Assembly: GCA_030145325.1 (NCBI GenBank)
Contig: JAQYVW010000008.1
Span: forward strand, 160 to 64,159
Source: Desulfurivibrionaceae bacterium
Lineage (GTDB): Bacteria > Desulfobacterota > Desulfobulbia > Desulfobulbales > UBA5123
DNA: 64,000 nt
Direction of reading: 5' to 3'
The first letter of the stretch is position 1, and every line of letters starts with the position of its first letter. This document shows positions 20,558-30,614 of the stretch, in pieces. A program made the translations under genes and the position numbers. The notes under the pieces are model-generated. The model had not been told where the DNA came from, searched no databases, and saw nothing but the letters and a program-made list of their open reading frames with translations.

Positions 20558-21814
20558 CTACTCTTCGCTCCGGTCAAAATCTGGATAGAGTGGAAACTCG
20601 TCACAGAGCAGCCGCACTTCCAAACGGATCTTGGCCAGTTCATCTTTATTATCGCGATTATCGATGGCCCGGTTAATCCACTCGCCGATCTTCTCCATCT
20701 CCGCTTCCTTAAGGCCGCGGGTGGTAACAGCCGGAGTACCAATGCGAATGCCACCGGTAACAAAACGACTTTCGGTATCAAAGGGGATGGCATTCTTGTT
20801 GACGGTCATGCCAGCATCTTCCAACACATGCTCAGCGTCCTTACCGGTGATGTTCTTGTTAGCCAGGTTGACCAGCAAAAGATGATTGTCACTGCCCCCC
20901 GACACCAGCCGGAAGCCAAAACTCTTCAACTTTTCACCCAAGGCTTGGGTATTACGTACCACCTGCTGCTGATAAACCTTGAAACCTGGCTCCATGGCCT
21001 CTTTAAAGGCTACGGCCTTGGCAGCGATCACATGCATCAACGGCCCGCCCTGAATGCCGGGAAAGATCTTGCTATTCAAGGCTTTGCCAAACTCTTCCTT
21101 GGCCAAAATCAAACCACCACGAGGACCACGCATGGTCTTGTGGGTGGTGGTGGTGACAAAATGCGCGTGCGGCACCGGCGAGGGATGAACCCCGGCAGCA
21201 ACCAAACCGGCAATATGAGCCATATCAACCATGAACAAGGCGCCAATCATATCGGCAATCTTGCGAAAAGCAGCGAAATCAATCACCCGGGGATAAGCGC
21301 TGGCCCCGGCCACGATCATCTTCGGCTTATGCTCCAACGCCAACCGCTCAACCTCGGCCATGTCGATCTGCTCGGTTTCTTTATCAACCCCGTATGAGAC
21401 AAATTTGTAAAGCTGGCCGGAAAAGTTAACCCCGGCCCCATGGGTGAGATGGCCGCCGTGGGCGAGATCCATCCCAAGCACGGTATCACCCGGTTGCAGG
21501 GTGGCGAAGTAAACCGCCATGTTGGCCTGGCTGCCGGAGTGGGCCTGAACATTGGCATACTCAGCGCCGAAGATGGTCTTGGCCCGCTCAATGGCCAGCC
21601 GCTCCACCTCATCAACGTACTCGCAACCGCCATAATAACGTTTCTGCGGATACCCTTCGGCATACTTGTTGGTGAGAATCGACCCCTGCGCTTCAAGCAC
21701 CGCTTCACTAACAATATTTTCGGAAGCGATCAACTCAAGCTGGTTGGTCTGCCGCTCCAGTTCATACTGGAGGGAACGGAATATATCAGGATCACAATTT
21801 TTCAAAACAGACAC
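20558..21814 (-). CDS. glyA: Serine hydroxymethyltransferase
   Basis: Motifs [22 protein letters not shown] and [13 protein letters not shown]. Confidence 0.98.
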   Translation of the reverse strand: MSVLKNCDPDIFRSLQYELERQTNQLELIASENIVSEAVLEAQGSILTNKYAEGYPQKRYYGGCEYVDEVERLAIERAKTIFGAEYANVQAHSGSQANMAVYFATLQPGDTVLGMDLAHGGHLTHGAGVNFSGQLYKFVSYGVDKETEQIDMAEVERLALEHKPKMIVAGASAYPRVIDFAAFRKIADMIGALFMVDMAHIAGLVAAGVHPSPVPHAHFVTTTTHKTMRGPRGGLILAKEEFGKALNSKIFPGIQGGPLMHVIAAKAVAFKEAMEPGFKVYQQQVVRNTQALGEKLKSFGFRLVSGGSDNHLLLVNLANKNITGKDAEHVLEDAGMTVNKNAIPFDTESRFVTGGIRIGTPAVTTRGLKEAEMEKIGEWINRAIDNRDNKDELAKIRLEVRLLCDEFPLYPDFDRSEE

Positions 21815-21832
21815 GGTGGTACCTTCATAAAA

Positions 21833-21956
21833 GTTTTAGGTTTTAAGTTTTAGGTTTTAAGTTTTCAAAAATAAATTTCGGTTCAAACGACTATTATCCC
21901 ACCACACCCGAAGGAATGGAGAGGGGGATTAAGACCTAACACCTAAAACTTAAAAC
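21833..21956. repeat. Inverted arrays of heptamers (GTTTTAR x5 ... YTAAAAC x4)
   Basis: gttttag gttttaa gttttag gttttaa gttttca at 21833-21867 and ttaagac ctaacac ctaaaac ttaaaac at 21929-21956. Confidence 0.8.
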
Positions 21957-21961
21957 CGTTT

Positions 21962-22384
21962 TTAGAACATGTCGATGCGACGCTGATGCCTCCCACCGGC
22001 AAATTCGGTGATCAACCAGGCCCGCACAACCTCCGCGGCCAAACCAGTGCCAACAATGCGCGAGCCCATGCAGAGAACATTGGCATCGTTATGCTCACGG
22101 CTCATCTTCGCAGAAAAAATCTCCTGACAGAGGGCAGCGCGGATACCGGTAAATTTGTTAGCCACCATGGACATACCGATGCCGGTGCCACAAAGCAAGA
22201 TACCCCGCTCGCATTGGCCCGCCTGCACCTTAGCGCAAACTGACTTGGCAAAATCCGGGTAATCAACCGAATCGGAATTTTGACAACCCTGATCGTCCAC
22301 CTGATGACCAAGATCCTCGACAACTCTAATCACTGTTTCCTTCAGATCAATGCCACCGTGGTCACAACCAATTGCTATTTTCAC
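21962..22384 (-). CDS. rpiB: Ribose-5-phosphate isomerase B
   Basis: Motifs GCDHGG, DYPD, CGTGIG, HNDANVL and GGRHQRR. Confidence 0.96.
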   Translation of the reverse strand: MKIAIGCDHGGIDLKETVIRVVEDLGHQVDDQGCQNSDSVDYPDFAKSVCAKVQAGQCERGILLCGTGIGMSMVANKFTGIRAALCQEIFSAKMSREHNDANVLCMGSRIVGTGLAAEVVRAWLITEFAGGRHQRRIDMF

Positions 22385-22407
22385 AATCCCGTATCCTTAA
22401 TTCTATT

Positions 22408-22552
22408 TAGTGTCTGTCCATAAATGAGGATTTTTGTTCGAGATCAAGGCATGCGAAAAAAATAAGCGCAGGCATATGTTTGATATTCCGAGCATTATTT
22501 TTTGAACATAACGCAGAGATCGGGCAAAAAGACCATTTATGGACAGACACTA
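22408..22552. mobile_element. MITE-like palindromic element, copy 1
   Basis: Perfect 19-bp terminal inverted repeat TAGTGTCTGTCCATAAATG / CATTTATGGACAGACACTA (terminal TA may be a target-site duplication). Non-coding; internal motifs shared with 32689-32910. Confidence 0.75.
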
Positions 22553-22576
22553 GTTAACAATTTAACGGGTATAATG

Positions 22577-23824
22577 CTATCCATCATACCTTTTCATGAC
22601 GATTACCGCATTGGTGCCACCAAAACCGAAGGAGTTGGAAACAGCAGCCCGCATCTCCATCTTCCGCGCCACCTTAGGCACATAGTCAAGATCACACTCT
22701 TCAGAAGGATTTTCGAGATTAATGGTGGGCGGTGCGATCTGATGATGCAGGGAGAGAGCAGTAAATACCGCCTCAATACCACCAGCGCCACCCAGCATGT
22801 GGCCGGTCATGGACTTGGTGGAACTAATCGCCAATTTTTTCGCATGGTCACCGAACACCGTCTTGATGGCACGGGTTTCCACCAAGTCATTCAAAGGGGT
22901 CGAGGTGCCATGGGCATTGATATAATCGATGTCCTCAGGCTTCATGCCAGCATCGGCTAGGGCCATCTGCATACAACGCACCGCGCCATCACCATCTTCA
23001 GGGGGCGCAGCCATATGATAGCCGTCGCCGGAAAGACCGTAACCAGCCATTTCAGCATAGATTTTTGCCCCGCGTGCCTTGGCGTGTTCCAGTTCTTCAA
23101 GAATCAGTATGCCAGCGCCTTCGGAAATAATAAAACCGTCCCGGTCACGGTCAAAGGGCCGCGAAGCCTTGGTTGGATCATCATTACGGCGAGACAAAGC
23201 CTTCATGGAATTAAAACCACCCACTGCCAACGGACAAACCACCGACTCACTACCGCCGGTGATTACCACATCGGAATCACCTCGAGAGATGGAACGAAAC
23301 GCTTCGCCCACCGCATGGGTGCCGGCAGCGCAGGCAGTACAGGTGGCCAAGTTCGGCCCCTTGGTCTTGTAAATAATAGAGATCTGGCCCGCGCCCATAT
23401 TAGGGATGACCATGGGGATGAAAAACGGCGTAATCCGCCGCGGCCCTTTCTCTTGACAGACCGTGTGATATTTTTCGATGGTTGGCAAACCGCCGAGACC
23501 GGTACCGGTAATGGATCCTACCCGAGTGGCGTTTTCCTCGGTGACGACAAAATTCGCGTCCTTCAAGGCCATACCCGCGCCAGCCACCGCATACTGAACA
23601 AAAAGTTCAAGATGCTTGGCGACCTTCTTTGCCATGAAATCTTCGGCATTGAAGTCTTTCACCTCAGCGGCGATCTTGACATCAAAATCACTGCTATCAA
23701 AGCGGGTGATATTATCAACACCACTCCGACCTGAGCAAATTCCTTCCCATGTCTTGTCAACCCCGGTTCCCAATGGGGTTACCAGACCGACACCTGTCAC
23801 CACAACTCGTCTACTCACCTTCAA
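22577..23824 (-). CDS. fabF: 3-oxoacyl-ACP synthase II
   Basis: Motifs RRVVVTG, TACAAG, YINAHGTST, KSMTGH and SNSFGFGGTN. Confidence 0.97.
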   Translation of the reverse strand: MKVSRRVVVTGVGLVTPLGTGVDKTWEGICSGRSGVDNITRFDSSDFDVKIAAEVKDFNAEDFMAKKVAKHLELFVQYAVAGAGMALKDANFVVTEENATRVGSITGTGLGGLPTIEKYHTVCQEKGPRRITPFFIPMVIPNMGAGQISIIYKTKGPNLATCTACAAGTHAVGEAFRSISRGDSDVVITGGSESVVCPLAVGGFNSMKALSRRNDDPTKASRPFDRDRDGFIISEGAGILILEELEHAKARGAKIYAEMAGYGLSGDGYHMAAPPEDGDGAVRCMQMALADAGMKPEDIDYINAHGTSTPLNDLVETRAIKTVFGDHAKKLAISSTKSMTGHMLGGAGGIEAVFTALSLHHQIAPPTINLENPSEECDLDYVPKVARKMEMRAAVSNSFGFGGTNAVIVMKRYDG

Positions 23825-24070
23825 TCACCTCTTTAACAACGGATATCGTTGCAGAATTGGTCAAGGGTTGGGGTTCACTGGCACCAAACCATCCAGGGGG
23901 GAAAATCGACACCACCAGGAGATCCGCACCTTGCTTCCCCACAGAATACAAGCCCCCTCCGGAGTTCTATCGCCAGCAACAAATACCAGTCAACGAGCTT
24001 CGGGAGGGGGGGAATACCGACATCAAACCGCCGGGGTCAGGACAGATGCAACCCGTCCTGATAATCTTGC

Positions 24071-24298
24071 TTACAGGGAGTTGATATGATCAATGGCGCC
24101 CTGAACGGTGGTGATTTTCTCGGCAAGCTCATCGGGAATCTCGGTATCAAAGGCCTCTTCCATGGCCATGATCAACTCAACCAGATCCAGGGAATCCGCT
24201 CCAAGGTCATCAACGAAGGAGGCCTTGGCCACAACCTTCTCACGATCAACACTCAGCTGCTCAACGATAATATCAACAAGTTTCTCTTCTACGGACAT
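24071..24298 (-). CDS. acpP: Acyl carrier protein
   Basis: [20 protein letters not shown]. Confidence 0.98.
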   Translation of the reverse strand: MSVEEKLVDIIVEQLSVDREKVVAKASFVDDLGADSLDLVELIMAMEEAFDTEIPDELAEKITTVQGAIDHINSL

Positions 24299-24381
24299 CT
24301 CTCTTCTCCCTCTTTTTTCCCGGCAAATAACCGAGGTTCATAAATAATTCATTGAGTAATAGCTATTGGAAAATAACTATA

Positions 24382-25128
24382 TTAACCCATAAACATTCCA
24401 CCATTAACATGAATAACCTGCCCTGTCACATAACGAGCCTCATCTGAGGCCAGATAGGCAACCGCGCTGGCAATATCTTCAGGCTCGCCAAGCAGTCCCA
24501 TGGGGATCTCAGAGAGTACCTTATTCTTAACATCTTCCGACAGTTCACTGGTCATATCGGTGACGATATAGCCGGGGGCCACCGCATTTACCGTTACCCC
24601 ACGCGTAGCAAGCTCACGGGCAGCCGACTTGGTCAGCCCCATCAAACCCGCCTTGGCAGCAGAGTAGTTGGCCTGACCGGCGTTACCGGAAAAACCCACC
24701 ACCGAGGTAATGTTGATAATTCGCCCACCGCGCTGCTTCATCATTGGCCGGTAAGCAGCCTTGATACTGTTGAATGCGCCCTTGAGATTGGTATCCATCA
24801 CCTGATCCCAGGCTTCCTCTTTCATTTTCAGCAGCAAACCATCACGGGTGATCCCGGCATTGTTGACCAGAATATCAATCCGGCCGCAGTCCGCCAACAA
24901 CTTTTTGAAAGCATCCTGCACCTGGGTCGCGTCGCCAATATCAAACTGGATGGTAAAAGCATCGCCACCAGCTTCCTTGATGGTGGCCACCGTATCATCC
25001 GCCGCATCGGGACGGCTAACATAATTAACTGCCACTTTTGCGCCCAAGGCGGCAAGCTTCAAACAAACAGCCCGGCCAATGCCCCGGCTACCGCCGGTGA
25101 CCAACGCAATTTTTCCACTCAAATCCAT
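24382..25128 (-). CDS. fabG: 3-oxoacyl-ACP reductase
   Basis: Motifs TGGSRGIG, NNAGITRD, GQANYSAAK and VNGG. ATG overlaps the etfA stop (TAATG). Confidence 0.97.
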   Translation of the reverse strand: MDLSGKIALVTGGSRGIGRAVCLKLAALGAKVAVNYVSRPDAADDTVATIKEAGGDAFTIQFDIGDATQVQDAFKKLLADCGRIDILVNNAGITRDGLLLKMKEEAWDQVMDTNLKGAFNSIKAAYRPMMKQRGGRIINITSVVGFSGNAGQANYSAAKAGLMGLTKSAARELATRGVTVNAVAPGYIVTDMTSELSEDVKNKVLSEIPMGLLGEPEDIASAVAYLASDEARYVTGQVIHVNGGMFMG

Positions 25129-26318
25129 TATCCCTTCCTCTCGTTCAACTTTGCGGTGAGTTTCGGCAAGATCTCAAACACATCGCCCACCAGCCCGTAG
25201 GTAGCGACATCAAAGATCGGCGCATGCGGGTCTTTATTAATGGCAACGATGGTCTCAGCCGACTGCATGCCGATAACATGCTGGATCGCCCCGGAAATCC
25301 CGGCCGCGACATATAATTTGGGAGCAACGGTCTTGCCGGTCTGGCCCACCTGGTGGGGATAGCCAACCCAACCGGAATCAACAGCGGCCCGCGAAGCGCC
25401 CACTGCGCCTCCCATGGCGTCAGCAAGATCCTTAACCAATTGAAATCCTTTCTCGCCGTCAAGGCCACGGCCACCGGCAACGACAATCTCCGATTCAGTG
25501 ATATTGGCCTGCTCGCTTTCAGCAATGACGGACTCAATCACCTTCACCCGGGATTGCATCCGCATGGCCAGAGGAGTTACCGTAATTATTTCACCCTGCC
25601 GAGTATCATCTGCCGCCCGGGGCGTCATCACCAAAGGCCGAACCGTGGCCATCTGGGGCCTGGTATCCGGGCAAACAATGGTAGCCATGATATTACCACC
25701 AAAGGCGGGCCGGGTCTGCAGTAAGGCCCCGTCTTCCTTGCGAATGGCAAGATCGGTACAATCGGCGGTGAGCCCAGCCCCAAGAATAGTGGCAACCCTG
25801 GGGATCACAGAACGGCCAATGGCGGTGGCTCCGGCCAGGACAATCTCCGGCTGATGCTCACGAATCAGATCGGTGAGAACATTACCATAAGCATCATCGG
25901 TAAAATGAGCAAAAGCGGGGTCATCGGCTACATAAACAGTATCTGCGCCGTGGGCAACTAGATCTTTAGCAGTATCGCCAAGCTCGCTACCAAACAAAAC
26001 TGCGGCCAGTTTAACCCCACGGGTATCAGCCAACCCGCGACCGGCACCAAGTAACTCCATGGTCACTGGCGTAATCCGACCGTTGCGGTACTCAGCAAAA
26101 ACCCAAACCCCCGACCATGCCACCAGGTCAACTTGATTAACTTTTGTCTCTCGCTCAATGACCATGGCGTCAACCTCGCAGTTGTCGACGCAAGAGCCAC
26201 AGAGGGTACATTTTTCATTGACCACCGGCTGCCCATCTTCCATGGTGATGGCCGCAAAAGCACAATTGGCCTCGCAAACGCCACAGCCAATACAGGTATC
26301 AAGATCTATTTTCAGCAT
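25128..26318 (-). CDS. etfA: Electron transfer flavoprotein alpha subunit with N-terminal 2[4Fe-4S] ferredoxin domain (CarE-like)
   Basis: [11 protein letters not shown] and [11 protein letters not shown]; [30 protein letters not shown] and GISGAIQH. Confidence 0.94.
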   Translation of the reverse strand: MLKIDLDTCIGCGVCEANCAFAAITMEDGQPVVNEKCTLCGSCVDNCEVDAMVIERETKVNQVDLVAWSGVWVFAEYRNGRITPVTMELLGAGRGLADTRGVKLAAVLFGSELGDTAKDLVAHGADTVYVADDPAFAHFTDDAYGNVLTDLIREHQPEIVLAGATAIGRSVIPRVATILGAGLTADCTDLAIRKEDGALLQTRPAFGGNIMATIVCPDTRPQMATVRPLVMTPRAADDTRQGEIITVTPLAMRMQSRVKVIESVIAESEQANITESEIVVAGGRGLDGEKGFQLVKDLADAMGGAVGASRAAVDSGWVGYPHQVGQTGKTVAPKLYVAAGISGAIQHVIGMQSAETIVAINKDPHAPIFDVATYGLVGDVFEILPKLTAKLNERKG

Positions 26319-26335
26319 AATTTCCGTTATTCCGT

Positions 26336-27115
26336 TTACAGAATCGCTTCCAGCTTGGTGGCCAGTTGCGCTACCTGCTCATCGGCAGTGCCCTCAAGCA
26401 GGCAACGCTCACCCCGCATCTCCGGGGGAAAAACATTGACCACTTGGGTTGGCGAGCCCTTCAGGCCCAACAGATCAGGATCAGCGCCAATATCGGCGGC
26501 GGAAAGCATCACCAGTTCCTGCTTCTTAGCCTTCATCTTGCCCTTAAGCGACGGAATACGTGGCTCGTTTATCTCTTTCACCACCGTAAACAACATCGGC
26601 AACTCCGCCTCAACCAGGTCATAGCCGTCGTCCATCATCCGCTCCAGGCGAATAACTTGCCCAGCCACGGAGACAACCTTGCGCACACAGGTGAGATAGG
26701 GCATACCCATGCGCTCGGCCAGCCCCGGCCCCACTTGGGCGGTATCGCCGTCAATGGCCTGCTTGCCGCAGATAATCAGATCAGCGCCACCCAGTTTTTT
26801 TATCGCCATGGAGAGGGTATAGGTGGTGGCCCAGGTATCAGCGCCAGCAAAAGCACGATCAGAAACCAGCGCCATCTCATCGGCCCCACAGGAGATCGCC
26901 TCGCGTAAAGTAGCTTCAGCCTGGGGCGGGCCCATGCTGATCACGGTTACCGTGCCGCCATGCTGCTCCTTCAACCGCACCGCCTCTTCCAGCGCGTGGC
27001 GATCATAAGGATTCATGATCGACTGCACCCCTTCCCGAGCCAGGGTATTGGTCTTGGGATCAAGGCGAACATCCTTGGCATCCGGCACCTGTTTGACGCA
27101 GACAAAGATCTTCAT
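26336..27115 (-). CDS. etfB: Electron transfer flavoprotein beta subunit
   Basis: Motifs VCVKQVPD, MNPYD, MGPPQA, DRAFAGADTWAT, GKQAIDGDTAQVGP and GLKGSPT. Confidence 0.95.
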   Translation of the reverse strand: MKIFVCVKQVPDAKDVRLDPKTNTLAREGVQSIMNPYDRHALEEAVRLKEQHGGTVTVISMGPPQAEATLREAISCGADEMALVSDRAFAGADTWATTYTLSMAIKKLGGADLIICGKQAIDGDTAQVGPGLAERMGMPYLTCVRKVVSVAGQVIRLERMMDDGYDLVEAELPMLFTVVKEINEPRIPSLKGKMKAKKQELVMLSAADIGADPDLLGLKGSPTQVVNVFPPEMRGERCLLEGTADEQVAQLATKLEAIL

Positions 27116-28269
27116 TATTTCTTGCCGTATTCCTTGTTCAACTCTTGACCGATGACGTTGCGCTGAATCTGGTTGGTGCCCTCGTAGATCTGGAGGATCT
27201 TAGCATCGCGCATCATCTTCTCCACCGGGTATTCACGCATATATCCATAACCGGCCAAGACCTGCACTGCGTCGGTGGTGACCTTCATCGCCATGTCAGT
27301 GGCCATTACCTTGCACATGGAGGCAATCTTTGAGACCCCGGTCTTATGGGTATCAACATTGCGGGCGGTGGCATACACCAGAGCCCGAGACGCTTCCAGC
27401 TGGATGGCCATGTCGGCAAGGATATGCTGCACGGCCTGAAAGGATATAATCGGTTTATCGAACTGGACCCGCTGCTTGGCGTAGGTAACCGCCTCATCCA
27501 AAGCACCCTGACCAAGGCCAAGGCCCAAGGCGGCAATGCCAGGGCGAGACTGATCAAGGGTGCGCATGATGGTGATAAAGCCGGTGCCCTGGCGACCAAT
27601 CATTCGATCCTTGGGTATCCGACAATCCTTGAAGATTAACTCACGGGTGGAGGAAGCACGAATGCCGAGCTTTTTTTCTTTAGCGCCGTAAGAGAACCCT
27701 TCGTCAGTATCCTCAACCACAAACATGGTGGCCCCACGCGGACCTTTGGCGCGATCGGTAATGGCGATGACGGTATAGATATTGGCTTCACCGGCGTTGG
27801 TGATCCACTGTTTGGTGCCGTTAAGCACCCAATGATCGCCATCAAGTTCGGCGGTGGTCTGAATGCCGGAGGCATCGCTACCAGCGTTGGCCTCGGTGAG
27901 AGCAAAGGCGGCATATTTCTTACCGCTGGCAATCTCGGGCAGATATTTTTGTTTTAATTCATCACTGCCGGCAATCAACATCGGATAGGCACCCAACGCA
28001 TTGGCGGCAAAGGCGGTGGCAATCCCCACACACCCCCGGCCAAACTGCTCAAGGGCCAGAACCATATCAAAACAACCACCACCGAAACCACCATACTCCT
28101 CGGGAATGTAAAGTCCGAAGAGATCGGCTTGAGCAATGGTTTGCAAAATAGCGTCGGGAAATTCTTCCTTCTCGTCCAACTCAGCCCGCTGCGGAATGAT
28201 CATCTCATCGGTGATCTGCCGGGCCACGTCAACGATCATCTCTTGTTCTTCACTCAGGAAATAATCCAC
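27115..28269 (-). CDS. Acyl-CoA dehydrogenase family protein (Bcd/CarC-like)
   Basis: Motifs FALTEANAGSDA, LNGTKQWITN, KLGIRASST, RVQFDKPI and GYGYMREYPVEKMMRDAKILQIYEGTNQIQ. Probable GTG start at 28269 (track start 28317). Confidence 0.95.
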   Translation of the reverse strand: MDYFLSEEQEMIVDVARQITDEMIIPQRAELDEKEEFPDAILQTIAQADLFGLYIPEEYGGFGGGCFDMVLALEQFGRGCVGIATAFAANALGAYPMLIAGSDELKQKYLPEIASGKKYAAFALTEANAGSDASGIQTTAELDGDHWVLNGTKQWITNAGEANIYTVIAITDRAKGPRGATMFVVEDTDEGFSYGAKEKKLGIRASSTRELIFKDCRIPKDRMIGRQGTGFITIMRTLDQSRPGIAALGLGLGQGALDEAVTYAKQRVQFDKPIISFQAVQHILADMAIQLEASRALVYATARNVDTHKTGVSKIASMCKVMATDMAMKVTTDAVQVLAGYGYMREYPVEKMMRDAKILQIYEGTNQIQRNVIGQELNKEYGKK

Positions 28270-28339
28270 GCTTGTGTCCTTGTCTCTTTGCGGCGCAATT
28301 CCTTCAAATAGTTGCACCTTTTGAGGCCTGAAACCAACC

Positions 28340-29317
28340 TTACCAGCGCATCACCGCAGCACCCCAGGTAAAGCCGCCCCCGAAAGCGCAAAAAAGAACC
28401 AGATCACCAGGCTGCAGGCGACCTTCACGGTTAGCTTCATCAAGGGCAATAGGCATACTAGCCGCCGATGTATTACCATACTTATGGACATTTATATAGA
28501 TTTTTTCAGCACTGATTCCCAACCGTCCGGTCAGGCTGTTAAGGATCCGAATATTGGCCTGATGCGGGATCACCAGCTTCACCGATTCGGGAGCAACATC
28601 CTCCTGCGCCAGCACCTTGACCACCCCGTCCTGCATGGCCCGAACGGCGTACTTAAACACCTCCTGCCCAGCCATGCGAATAAAGGGGCCATGATAATCC
28701 ACCGGCACCAAATCTGGATTGAGGCTGGGGGCAGCATCCATATGCAGCAGATGCCAGAGACTGCCATCGGCAAAAAGACGGCTCCCCAAAATACCGCGCT
28801 CACCTTCACCGCCACCCATCACCACCGCGCCAGCGCCATCGCCAAAGAGGATACAGGTGGAGCGATCCTCCCAGTTGGTGCGGGCAGAAAGATTTTCCGC
28901 GCCAATTACCAACACCTTGAGGGCGGGATCAGCCTTAATATATTTTTCGGCAACATCCATCCCGTATAAAAAACCGGAACAGGCGGCATTGATATCCAAA
29001 GCAAAGGCATTAACCGCGCCGATTTCTTTCTGCACCAGACAGGCGCATGACGGCATCACCTTTTCGCAGGTCATGGTGCCAACAATGATCAGACCGATTT
29101 CTTCAGCACCAACACCGGCCATTGCCATGGCTTTACGGGCAGCACCAGACGCCAGCTTTGAGGTCTCTTCCCCTGCTCCGGCAATCCGTCGCTCCTTGAT
29201 GCCGGTACGAACGGTGATCCACTCATCGGAGGTTTCAACCATTTTTTCAAGTTCAGCGTTGGTCAATGTCCGTTTGGGCAGACAGGAGCCAGTGCCAAGG
29301 ATAGCCGCCCGCTTCAT
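28340..29317 (-). CDS. fabH: 3-oxoacyl-ACP synthase III
   Basis: Motifs TSDEWI..RTGIKERR, AACSGF, PHQAN, GNTSAAS and FGGGFTWG. Confidence 0.97.
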   Translation of the reverse strand: MKRAAILGTGSCLPKRTLTNAELEKMVETSDEWITVRTGIKERRIAGAGEETSKLASGAARKAMAMAGVGAEEIGLIIVGTMTCEKVMPSCACLVQKEIGAVNAFALDINAACSGFLYGMDVAEKYIKADPALKVLVIGAENLSARTNWEDRSTCILFGDGAGAVVMGGGEGERGILGSRLFADGSLWHLLHMDAAPSLNPDLVPVDYHGPFIRMAGQEVFKYAVRAMQDGVVKVLAQEDVAPESVKLVIPHQANIRILNSLTGRLGISAEKIYINVHKYGNTSAASMPIALDEANREGRLQPGDLVLFCAFGGGFTWGAAVMRW

Positions 29318-30357
29318 GAGGTTTCTTCTCCCGCTGCCGCCGCCACCAAAACAGGTTCAACCTCATCAAGAAGGCGAAGGATATGATCATTGACGTTTTC
29401 ACAGACTAACTCAGCCGCAACATTAATTGCATTTTTGATCGCAGTGGCGTTGGATCGCCCGTGACAAACAATGCCAGTGCCGTTAAGACCAAGCAGCGGC
29501 GCGCCACCATACTCGGCATAATCAACCCGCTTGCGAAACCTACCAAAAGCATCCCTAGCCAACACATAGCCGACCTTGGCCTTAAAATCCTTGGAAATCT
29601 CTTCCCGCAACATGGAGAGCACCGCCTCGGCCAACCCCTCACTAAGTTTCAGGCAGACATTGCCGACAAAGCCATCACAGACAATGACATCCACGTCACC
29701 ATGGAAGATATCACGTCCCTCGACGTTGCCCTTATAGTTCAGGCTACTTTTACTGAATAATTCGTGGGATTTTTTAACCAGGATATTGCCCTTGCCACCC
29801 TCCTCACCGATACTGAGGAGACCGATACGCGGGCGCTGGTTAGCGAAAAGGACTTGTGAAAAGGCAGCGGCCATGATGCCGAACTGGAAGAGATGCTGGG
29901 GACGACAGTCGACATTGGCGCCAACGTCCATCATCACCAACGGCCCCTTGAGGGTTGGGAAGATACCAGCGATACCGGGACGGGAGATCTTTTTCAGCCG
30001 CCCCAAGGTTCTGATTGCCGCCGCCATGGTGGCCCCGGAGTTACCGGCGCTGACAACCGCTTCAACCTCGCCCTGCTTATGCAGTTTGAAGGCAACGGCC
30101 ACAGAAGAGTCTTTTTTCTTTCGCACCGCCTCAAAAGGCGACTCGTCCATACCAACTACTTGAGTGGTATGGACGATGTGAAGCCGATCCTGATTAGGGC
30201 TTGATTGCGCGCGCAAGTAAGCATGCAACACCTCCTCGTCCCCGAGAAGGGTTACCTCAAGATCATCTCTCGCATTGACGGCCTGTACTGCCCCAGCCAC
30301 AAGCACTTCTGGGCCTTGATCGCCGCCCATAGCGTCCAGGGCAATACGTACCGTCAT
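29314..30357 (-). CDS. plsX: Phosphate acyltransferase PlsX
   Basis: Motifs IALDAMGGD, SAGNSGA, DVGAN, DGFVGNV, GGAPLLG and HGRS. Confidence 0.97.
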   Translation of the reverse strand: MTVRIALDAMGGDQGPEVLVAGAVQAVNARDDLEVTLLGDEEVLHAYLRAQSSPNQDRLHIVHTTQVVGMDESPFEAVRKKKDSSVAVAFKLHKQGEVEAVVSAGNSGATMAAAIRTLGRLKKISRPGIAGIFPTLKGPLVMMDVGANVDCRPQHLFQFGIMAAAFSQVLFANQRPRIGLLSIGEEGGKGNILVKKSHELFSKSSLNYKGNVEGRDIFHGDVDVIVCDGFVGNVCLKLSEGLAEAVLSMLREEISKDFKAKVGYVLARDAFGRFRKRVDYAEYGGAPLLGLNGTGIVCHGRSNATAIKNAINVAAELVCENVNDHILRLLDEVEPVLVAAAAGEETS

Positions 30358-30361
30358 CAGC

Positions 30362-30553
30362 TTACTCTAACTCAGCCTCATCCATGCTGAAAACAGTGCG
30401 GCCTTTATAGGTTCCGCAACCAGCGCAAAGACGATGCGGCATCTTGGGCTCACCGCATTCAGAGCATTTGGCGATGCTGGGGGTGGTAAGCGCATCATGG
30501 GAACGCCGTCTTCTGGTGCGGCCATGAGAATGTCTTCTTTTAGGTAATGCCAT
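30362..30553 (-). CDS. rpmF: 50S ribosomal protein L32
   Basis: MALPKRRHS...CSECGEPKMPHRLCAGCGTY. Confidence 0.97.
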   Translation of the reverse strand: MALPKRRHSHGRTRRRRSHDALTTPSIAKCSECGEPKMPHRLCAGCGTYKGRTVFSMDEAELE

Positions 30554-30614
30554 TTTGTTTTCCTCCCTGAGGTCGTTTGCAAATGTATAATCCGATGATA
30601 CGTTATCGGACGTA

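Noticed and set aside
20420-21397. 325-aa plus-strand ORF and many similar ORFs opposite glyA, ribBA, fabF, fabH and mlaE
   Set aside because: Antisense shadows of well-conserved genes, with no motifs of their own.
23830-24065. Possible RNase P, SRP, 6S or tmRNA gene
   Set aside because: None of the hallmark sequences were recognisable on either strand.
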